NCBI GenBank assembly: GCA_043808785.1
Contig: JAZDEL010000009.1
Coordinates: forward strand, 150,653-182,652
Origin: Candidatus Iainarchaeum sp.
GTDB taxonomy: Archaea; Iainarchaeota; Iainarchaeia; Iainarchaeales; JAZDEL01
DNA length: 32,000 nucleotides
Reading direction: 5' to 3'
Shown here: positions 1 through 5,809 of the stretch, one piece after another
Numbering within the stretch: the first letter of the stretch is position 1
Layout: the number at the start of each line of letters is the position of its first letter
Program-made: the position numbers and the translations under genes
Notes under the pieces: generated by a model
Told to the model about the DNA's origin: nothing
Databases searched by the model: none
The model's input: the letters and a program-made list of their open reading frames with translations, nothing else

Positions 1-745
1 TCGGTGCAACTATTGTCTTGTGCTTCCAGTAGGGGCAGCTTTTTGGCGGGTTTACCCCGCATATCCTGTAATCAATTTTTGAGAACCCTGTGCGCTTCAG
101 CGCATTTAAGTGCTTTGCCGAGAAGCCTTTTTCCTCGTTTGAGTAGTAAGTGAAAACCCCGCCTTTTTTGAGGAGCGAATACGCCTCCTTGAAAAACGGG
201 TGGTGGTAGCGGAAAACAAGATTCAGCACCTTTTTCTTTGAGGCATCCTCGACTATGCTGAACCGCGTCTTTGCCTTGCTGCAAAGGTGCGCCCCCCCGA
301 GGTAGTAAGAATCAAACAGGATGCCGTCGAAACTCCCCTTAGGGAACCTGCCGATTGCGTCCTCCCAGAAGCCGGTTATTACATTTACCTTCCCTTCGGC
401 AATTTCCTTTTTGAACATTTTTTCGGCGTGTGCGGAGATGCCCGGATGGACCTCTATTATCGTGTGGTTTTTCACCTTCGGGTTTTCCCGGATGGCCCTT
501 GCCGCAAGCCCCATGCCGTAGCCGACCTCAAGGATGTTGCCGCCGTTTTTTGTGGCGATTGATGCCAGCGTTTTCATGTAGCTGCGTATCCAGGTGTCCA
601 TTACCTGCCAGCCGCCCACAGTAAGCGAATTTTTGGTGAAGCAGGCTGGCTGCCTTATGAAATCCTTCTCGTCGGGTATATTGGCGTAGCTTACCCTCGC
701 ATCCCCGGAACCGAGGTAGTTTTGAAGTGATGCGCCTGCAGCCAT
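1..745 (-). CDS. SAM-dependent methyltransferase, guanidinoacetate N-methyltransferase (GAMT)/RMT2-like; 3' end runs off the window
   Basis: Minus-strand open frame missing from the supplied ORF track because it has no stop inside the window. In-frame stop upstream at 782-784; ATG at 745, with alternative ATG at 601 and GTG at 769. My translation: MAAGASLQNYLGSGDARVSYANIPDEKDFIRQPACFTKNSLTVGGWQVMDTWIRSYMKTLASIATKNGGNILEVGYGMGLAARAIRENPKVKNHTIIEVHPG...VITGFWEDAIGRFPKGSFDGILFDSYY...FFKEAYSLLKKGGVFTYYSN...CGVNPPKSCPYWKHKTIVAP. It follows the GAMT pattern as I remember it (VMExWExPYM; LEVGFGM motif I; GLWEDV..DGxFDGILYDTY; LKPGGVLTY; PPxxCxYY close to the C-terminus), so only a few residues should be missing. 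Confidence 0.7.
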   Translation of the reverse strand, partial: MAAGASLQNYLGSGDARVSYANIPDEKDFIRQPACFTKNSLTVGGWQVMDTWIRSYMKTLASIATKNGGNILEVGYGMGLAARAIRENPKVKNHTIIEVHPGISAHAEKMFKKEIAEGKVNVITGFWEDAIGRFPKGSFDGILFDSYYLGGAHLCSKAKTRFSIVEDASKKKVLNLVFRYHHPFFKEAYSLLKKGGVFTYYSNEEKGFSAKHLNALKRTGFSKIDYRICGVNPPKSCPYWKHKTIVAP

Positions 746-823
746 AGTTGAAACCCCCCGGATAACCACTGCTACATTTATCTACAAGCATCTTTATAAG
801 AATTTCACTAGCCAGTTGGTTCT

Positions 824-1507
824 GTGCTGACTATCGTAGTGCCCTGCCACAATGAGGAACAGAACCTGGAGGAATGCATCCGCAGGGTTCCGCAGATGCC
901 GTGGGAAACCGAAATAATTGTGGTTGACGACGGCAGCACGGACCGAACCGCGCATGTTTGCCGCGGGGTTGCGGGGGAAGAAAGGCGGAAAGGCAGGGCC
1001 GTGCGGCTTGTAAGTTACGGGAAAAGCCGCGGCAAGGGGTTTGCATTGAGGCGGGGTTTGGAAAGCGCGAATGGGGGGGTAGTTGCAATACTTGATGCCG
1101 ACATGCAGAACCCGCCGGAGGAGCTGCCGCACATTGTGGAGCCCATAATGAACGGAAGTGCGGATTTTGTCAACACAAACCGCTTTGCGGGGGGAGGGCA
1201 CGGATTCAATTTTCATTCCGCAAGGAACAGGCTCCTCGCATTCTTCTTTGCGGGCATTACAGGCATAAATGTAAGGGACTGCCTGAGCGGAATGAAGATT
1301 TTCAGGGCGGAACCGCTGAAGGGGCGGCTTAAAGAGGACGGCTGGCCCGATTTTGAGCTGCTTGTGCTCGCAAAGAGGCGCGGGATGCGCATTGTCGAAC
1401 TGCCTGTCGCCTACGAACCGCGCGAAAGCGGAAAGTCGAAGATGCTTACCCTGCGCGGAAGCGCGGGGCTTTTCAGGGCTTTTGCAGCCTCGCTGCTGCG
1501 GCGTTAG
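824..1507 (+). CDS. Family 2 glycosyltransferase (dolichyl-phosphate sugar synthase-like, DPM1/AglD-type fold)
   Basis: 227-aa ORF with GTG start. The N-terminus TIVVPCHNEEQNLEECI...EIIVVDDGSTDRT and the DxD-type AILDADMQNPPEEL are classic GT-A/GT2 signatures. The C-terminal ...RESGKSKM resembles Dpm1-like enzymes. Confidence 0.85.
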   Translation: MLTIVVPCHNEEQNLEECIRRVPQMPWETEIIVVDDGSTDRTAHVCRGVAGEERRKGRAVRLVSYGKSRGKGFALRRGLESANGGVVAILDADMQNPPEELPHIVEPIMNGSADFVNTNRFAGGGHGFNFHSARNRLLAFFFAGITGINVRDCLSGMKIFRAEPLKGRLKEDGWPDFELLVLAKRRGMRIVELPVAYEPRESGKSKMLTLRGSAGLFRAFAASLLRR

Positions 1508-3468
1508 CCGCGTTTGCACTGCGCCGCGAATTCCGCGCCCGCGGAGCGCAAAATTGCGGCCTTTTTTTCAGGGAATTCGTAATACAGTTCGTCAAGCGCG
1601 CGGATTATCCCTGCGCAGCAGTCCGCACTGTGTGTGCTGCCGAATGCCGTGCACATTGCACTGAATTCCGCAGGCACGGGCCCGCGGCGGTAAATGCTTA
1701 TGTATGCCGCCCCCGCCGTGCAGTCGCCGTAAAACTCGGCGGGAGTGCCGGTGCATGCGCCCGAAATTGCGCCAAGCTCAAAGTAGCATGCATTTCTGTA
1801 GCGCGGGGAAAGCATTGCGCAGGTTTCGGGGGACTGCGGGATGTATGCTGCAAGGGTTTCGGCACAGCAGTCCGCGCAAACTCCGTCAAGCACGCCGCAC
1901 ATTGCGTTTGCGGTTTCAATGTCGCGCCCGTAGGCCATTGCAATGCCCCACACAATTCCCGAGTGGCAGTGTTTCCTGTATTCCGCGGGAACGGCGGCGC
2001 ACCTGCTGATGGCGCTCTCAAGGCGTTCGCTGCTGTTGCATTCCGTGCCTGCGCATCGCTTTGCGAATATCTCGCCATAGCCTATGCCCTGCCCCAGGCC
2101 CCAATAGCAGTGCGCCCTGTTCTGCGCGTCAAATTTCCCGCACTGTTCAAGCGCGGCGGGAATGTCCGCGCCGTGCATCCCGCCCGGCTTTTTGGCAAGC
2201 CAGCCATAACAGTAAGGCCTGTAAACAGAATCGCCGCCGAAATTGAGGTTGCCCGGCTTGATAAGTGCGAGGTTTGAGGCAAGGCCCGCAAGCAGCAGCA
2301 GGCAGATTGCGGCAAATGCCGCAGGCGCAGCCCAACGCGGCAGGCGCACCACCCCCGCTTTCGCTGTGAGGAGTGAGAACGCCTGCGCGATAATTATGAA
2401 CATAAAGGGCAGCAGCGGCACAAAATACCTGAATCCCTTGCCGCCGAATTCGGGATTGACGGTGAAACTGCCGAGGAGGTAGCCTGCGGAATAAATAATG
2501 AAAAATGCAATAGGGAATGCGGGCAAAAGGCTTTTTATGCCGCCGCTATGCCGTGCTTTGCCGAATAATGAAAACGCAACAAGCAGCAGGGAAAGCAAAA
2601 ACACGGCATAGTAAATGCAATTAAGCATCCAACCGTCCAAAAACAAAAGAGCCCTGAAATTCAGGGATGCGGGAAGTTCAACAAGGATGTAATTGGCTGT
2701 TTTCGCTGGCAGGGCCGCAAGCCTTTCCCCCGCGCCCGAAACAAACACGGCCCTTGCCTGAACAAACACCGAGGTGCCGTACGCAAGCGCATAGTAAATA
2801 GCGGGGCTGAATCCCGCAAGGAATGACGCCGAGAACACTGCAAAATTCCTGCGCAGGAAAAAGCCCCTGTCAATTGCAAGCCAAAAAATAATGCATGTTA
2901 TTAGCATCCCCGCAGTCATGCCCCCGAACCACAACGAGAAGCCCGAGGCAATGCCGAATGCCGCGAAGTCGCGCGCGCGGCTTCTGCCCCCGTAAAAAAT
3001 GCGGAAGAAGAGGAACATCATCAGGAGCGTCAAAAATGTGTCCTCAAACGCGTGCTGGGAAATCAGGCCGCGCACTGTGAAGAGCGGCGGGGAGAGCAGG
3101 GCAAGCAGGGAGGCTGCGATTGCGGTTTTCTTGCCGAAATATCTCCTTGAAATCAGGCAGATAAGCGCAAATGTGCCGAGGGAGAATGTGAAGAGCATCA
3201 TCAGCTTGAGAGTGAAGCCCGAAACCCCGAAAAGCGCAAAGAAGGGCGCAATCAGGAAGGGCAGGGAGAGCCCCGCGCCGTCGTAGGGCACCCACATGTA
3301 ATCAAAGTAGGGCATTCTCAAGCCCCGCATAAGCTCAAGCGCAACCGTGCCGCGCACGCACTCCTCGTAGTCAAAAAGTTCAAGGGATGTTGAGGCAATA
3401 AGAAGCCTCAATATGAGGAATGCGAGGACCAGTGCAATGAAAATTTTGCGTTCGATAACCCGTTCCAT
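1504..3468 (-). CDS. GT-C-like polytopic membrane glycosyltransferase (ArnT/PMT_2-like N-terminal region) fused to a ~240-aa cysteine-rich extracytoplasmic C-terminal domain
   Basis: Long ORF. The track starts it at TTG 3492; the first ATG is 3468 (MERVIERKIFIALVLAFLILRLL...), which leaves room for the divergent promoter. About 12 hydrophobic segments and an acidic first loop (ELFDYEEC...YFDYMWVPYDG) are typical of GT-C enzymes. The C-terminal 239 aa carry 19 Cys in repeated Cx(6-8)[RH]xxC[YHC]xG[LI] units. Confidence 0.7.
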   Translation of the reverse strand: MERVIERKIFIALVLAFLILRLLIASTSLELFDYEECVRGTVALELMRGLRMPYFDYMWVPYDGAGLSLPFLIAPFFALFGVSGFTLKLMMLFTFSLGTFALICLISRRYFGKKTAIAASLLALLSPPLFTVRGLISQHAFEDTFLTLLMMFLFFRIFYGGRSRARDFAAFGIASGFSLWFGGMTAGMLITCIIFWLAIDRGFFLRRNFAVFSASFLAGFSPAIYYALAYGTSVFVQARAVFVSGAGERLAALPAKTANYILVELPASLNFRALLFLDGWMLNCIYYAVFLLSLLLVAFSLFGKARHSGGIKSLLPAFPIAFFIIYSAGYLLGSFTVNPEFGGKGFRYFVPLLPFMFIIIAQAFSLLTAKAGVVRLPRWAAPAAFAAICLLLLAGLASNLALIKPGNLNFGGDSVYRPYCYGWLAKKPGGMHGADIPAALEQCGKFDAQNRAHCYWGLGQGIGYGEIFAKRCAGTECNSSERLESAISRCAAVPAEYRKHCHSGIVWGIAMAYGRDIETANAMCGVLDGVCADCCAETLAAYIPQSPETCAMLSPRYRNACYFELGAISGACTGTPAEFYGDCTAGAAYISIYRRGPVPAEFSAMCTAFGSTHSADCCAGIIRALDELYYEFPEKKAAILRSAGAEFAAQCKRG

Positions 3469-3515
3469 AATCAAAACTAATTTAAAGTGCAAAGTACATA
3501 TAAATATCTGGTTCC
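3469..3515. promoter_or_regulatory. Divergent archaeal-type promoter region with two TATA-like boxes
   Basis: 47-nt A/T-rich spacer aatcaaaactaatttaaagtgcaaagtacatataaatatctggttcc. TTTAAA (3481-3486) lies about 30 nt upstream of ATG 3516. ATTTATAT on the minus strand (about 3498-3505) lies about 30 nt upstream of ATG 3468. This implies short or absent 5' leaders. Confidence 0.45.
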
Positions 3516-3791
3516 ATGGCTCCGGAAAAAGTGTACTTTAGGGGGAAGAACATCCTGCGCAGGACTGTCGGGGGGAAAGAAATGATAGTGGATATTGGCA
3601 AGCAGACATTTTACCAGCTGAACACGGCGGGGACATTTGTGTGGGGGCAGATAAACGGCAGCAGGTGCACGGGTGAAATCGCGGCAAAGGTTGCAAAAAG
3701 GTTTGGCCTGCCCGAGGGGCGGGCAAGGGAAGATGTCGAGTCTTTCCTGAAAAGTATTGAAAAGGAAAAACTCGTAAGGCTGAAAGATTAA
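3516..3791 (+). CDS. PqqD-family protein (RiPP recognition element; lasso B1-like, located directly upstream of the B2-like gene)
   Basis: 91 aa. ...EMIVDIGKQTFYQLNTAGTFVWGQINGSRCTGEIAAKVAKRFGLPEGRAREDVESFLKSIEKEKLV fits the PqqD/RRE pattern (xYxLNxxGxxIWxxxDGxxxxxEIxxxLxxxYxVxxExxxxDVxxFLxxLxxxGLI). The stop lies 2 nt before the next gene. Confidence 0.8.
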   Translation: MAPEKVYFRGKNILRRTVGGKEMIVDIGKQTFYQLNTAGTFVWGQINGSRCTGEIAAKVAKRFGLPEGRAREDVESFLKSIEKEKLVRLKD

Positions 3792-3793
3792 GC

Positions 3794-4282
3794 ATGCTAC
3801 AGGAGATGCATATGCTTTTCAGGCTGAAGAAAAAGCACCTGCGCCAGGCATGGAAGATTGCTGCAAGCCCTTCGGATGCCCTTCTTTTCATAGGGATATT
3901 TTTCAGCATCATAATTATTTCAGCCCTGCTTAAATTTTCAAACAGGAAAAGGATTTTCGAGATTATAAAGCCGGGGCGGGTGTTCAGGCCCGCAAACACG
4001 GACGAATACTGCCTCAAGCTCCGCAGGTATGCAAACTTCCTTTTGTCAAGGCGCACGCCGTGCTTCAGGCTCACCTGCATGAAAAGGGCGATTGTTTACT
4101 ACATTTTTCTGAACATGGCAGGCATAGAATCAAGGCTGTGTTTTGGCGTGAGAAAAAATGACTGGGGGGATAAAGGTGCGCTTATGCATGCATGGGCAAG
4201 CGTGGGCAGCAAGCCCTTTCCCCCGAAAAGCGATGATGCCTCTGTTTTCAGGCAGGTGTGCTCGTTTCCCCGCGCGCGCTAG
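3794..4282 (+). CDS. Lasso-peptide B2-like transglutaminase-fold cysteine peptidase (McjB C-terminal / Transglut_core3-like) with an N-terminal TM helix
   Basis: 162 aa. TCMKRAIVYYIFLNMAGIESRLCFGVRKN...GALMHAWASVGSKPF matches the B2 signature CLxRALALxxLLRRxGIxAxLxIGVR...AHAWVExxG, giving the catalytic Cys and the HAW His. The N-terminal segment ALLFIGIFFSIIIISALLKF is a predicted membrane anchor. Confidence 0.75.
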   Translation: MLQEMHMLFRLKKKHLRQAWKIAASPSDALLFIGIFFSIIIISALLKFSNRKRIFEIIKPGRVFRPANTDEYCLKLRRYANFLLSRRTPCFRLTCMKRAIVYYIFLNMAGIESRLCFGVRKNDWGDKGALMHAWASVGSKPFPPKSDDASVFRQVCSFPRAR

Positions 4283-4431
4283 GAAACCAATACCTGGCAC
4301 CCGGCACCAGATGAGGCCTTCATGCAGGTTAATTTGGATGCATTTTTGTCAGCAACAGTGCATAGCGCGGCTGAAATTCTCTCAAATACCTCTTTGGACT
4401 CAATCGCCGGCTTTTCATATTTCCTCTTCAT
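4279..4431 (-). CDS. Candidate RiPP precursor peptide (50 aa): MKRKYEKPAIESKEVFERISAALCTVADKNASKLTCMKASSGAGCQVLVS
   Basis: I checked this codon by codon. The ATG at 4431 lies 7 nt downstream of the radical SAM/SPASM stop (4439-4441) on the same strand. It is the internal Met17 of the track ORF 4279..4479. The leader has Y5-x-x-P8-x-I10, matching the lasso leader motif YxxPxL. Using the Y(-17) spacing, Ser20 falls at -2 and the core starts at Ala22. The core has 3 Cys, many Ser/Thr/Asp/Asn/Lys and a C-terminal Ser. No database evidence. Confidence 0.5.
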   Translation of the reverse strand: MKRKYEKPAIESKEVFERISAALCTVADKNASKLTCMKASSGAGCQVLVS

Positions 4432-4438
4432 CGCAATA

Positions 4439-5524
4439 TTATGCACTTTTCTCTTTATTATTCTTTTCGTTTGCTGCAAGAGCCCTCCTTACGGCAAGCC
4501 TGTGAATCCTTGCCTGCCTGCAGCTTTCGCGCAACGGCATGTCAATGCCTCCCCCCTCAATCATTCTCAGCCCGGGGCAGGTAATGCAGTATGATTTCAG
4601 CCTGCAGGATGTGCAGGCTTCAAGTATTTGGCTTCCCGTTTCCCTTAGCTGTTTAAATGCTTCGGAATTATGCCAGATTTCCTTAAGGCTCCTTTCCCTT
4701 ATGTTGCCGCCCCATATCCTGCCCAGCTCTATGCATGGAGATACATCGCCATAGGGGGAGATGCGGCAGGTATTCCTCCCCGCATAACAGCCTATCAGGT
4801 AAATGGGCTCTTTGTTATTCTCGCGTTCGGCAATCCTGCGCAGGATTGGGGTTTTTGAGCCCTTAAACCTGTCTGCATGCCATTCCGCCAGCTCCCTGTC
4901 GGAGAGCCTGAATTTGCACGGCCCTAGGGAACCGTCGTTCTTGGGGGTAACAAGCGCGGTGTGTGAAAACGTAATCTTTTTTTTCCTGCAGTGCTCTTTC
5001 AGGGGGGCGAACTCCCCCGCGTTCTGCTTCATGAATGTGCTTTTTGCAACAACCTTAACCCTGCGCTTTTTTAGCAGGCGCATTGCCTCGATGGTTCTTT
5101 CAAGGGAGCCGGGCGTGCGTGTAATGCCGTCGTGTATTTCAGGCTTCAGGGAGAAGAGGCTTATCTCAACAGAGAGCGGGCTGAGGGATGCGAGTTTATC
5201 TGCCGCTTCCTCATCAATCAGCGTGCCGTTTGTAAGTATGCGTATGCCGAAGCCGCGTTTCCTTGCATAGCACGCTATTTCAAAGAAGTCCGCGCGCGCC
5301 AGCACCTCGCCGCCCGTGAATGTCAGAAAAAGGCAGCCCAGCTTTTCAAGCTGCCTTATTGCGGATTTTGCCTCCGCAGTTGTCAGTTCCTTTTCATGCC
5401 TTTGCACATTGTAGCACATTACGCAGTCCTGGTTGCATTTGTTTGTCAGCTCAATAATTGCCGAAATCGGGATGCACGCCTTTTCGGAATATCTCATCAG
5501 TTCTATGTATCCCATTGCCCGCAC
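4439..5524 (-). CDS. Radical SAM enzyme with C-terminal SPASM domain (peptide-modifying maturase type)
   Basis: 361 aa. The motif IELTNKCNQDCVMCYN gives CxxxCxxC. FLTFTGGEVL is a GGE-like SAM motif. SPASM cysteines: CRISPYGDVSPC (Gx4C), CTSCRLKSYCITC (Cx2Cx5Cx2C) and a later ESC. Confidence 0.9.
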   Translation of the reverse strand: MRAMGYIELMRYSEKACIPISAIIELTNKCNQDCVMCYNVQRHEKELTTAEAKSAIRQLEKLGCLFLTFTGGEVLARADFFEIACYARKRGFGIRILTNGTLIDEEAADKLASLSPLSVEISLFSLKPEIHDGITRTPGSLERTIEAMRLLKKRRVKVVAKSTFMKQNAGEFAPLKEHCRKKKITFSHTALVTPKNDGSLGPCKFRLSDRELAEWHADRFKGSKTPILRRIAERENNKEPIYLIGCYAGRNTCRISPYGDVSPCIELGRIWGGNIRERSLKEIWHNSEAFKQLRETGSQILEACTSCRLKSYCITCPGLRMIEGGGIDMPLRESCRQARIHRLAVRRALAANEKNNKEKSA

Positions 5525-5533
5525 CTTGCAAGC

Positions 5534-5809
5534 CTACTTTGATTTCATTACAAGCAGGCCTTCTTTCTCCAATTCATGCAGGAATTTCCGCACATCCCTT
5601 TGCACGGTTGTTTTTGCAGCATCATACTCCGCAAAGATTTTTTCAGCTATGCCGCGCTCGCTGTTCCTGCTGTTTATCTTTCCCCATATTCTGGTGCCCG
5701 AGGCATTTAGCGTATATGCGCGGTAATTGCCTGTTTTTATTATCATTGCCTTTTTGCCAATGGCTCTTGAGGCAGTATCATTAGCCCTGCACGGCACTGC
5801 CGCTTTCAC
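5534..5809 (-). CDS. PqqD-family protein (second stand-alone RiPP recognition element, upstream of the radical SAM gene)
   Basis: 91 aa. The GTG start overlaps the kinase-like stop (GTGA). ...MIIKTGNYRAYTLNASGTRIWGKINSRNSERGIAEKIFAEYDAAKTTVQRDVRKFLHELEKEGLLV fits the PqqD pattern. There is a 9-nt gap to the rSAM start. Confidence 0.8.
   Translation of the reverse strand: MKAAVPCRANDTASRAIGKKAMIIKTGNYRAYTLNASGTRIWGKINSRNSERGIAEKIFAEYDAAKTTVQRDVRKFLHELEKEGLLVMKSK

Noticed and set aside
794-1519. 241-aa minus-strand ORF overlapping the first GT2 gene
   Set aside because: The plus-strand frame carries unambiguous GT2 motifs. The minus frame has none.
4158-4594. Plus-strand ORFs 4158-4505 and 4322-4594, and the long 66-aa form of the peptide ORF starting at 4479
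   Set aside because: The plus-strand ORFs overlap the B2 gene's 3' end or the rSAM 3' end and look non-proteinaceous. The 4479 start would overlap the rSAM gene by 41 nt and would push the YxxP motif away from the N-terminus. The internal ATG at 4431 (MKRKY...) fits typical RiPP leaders better.
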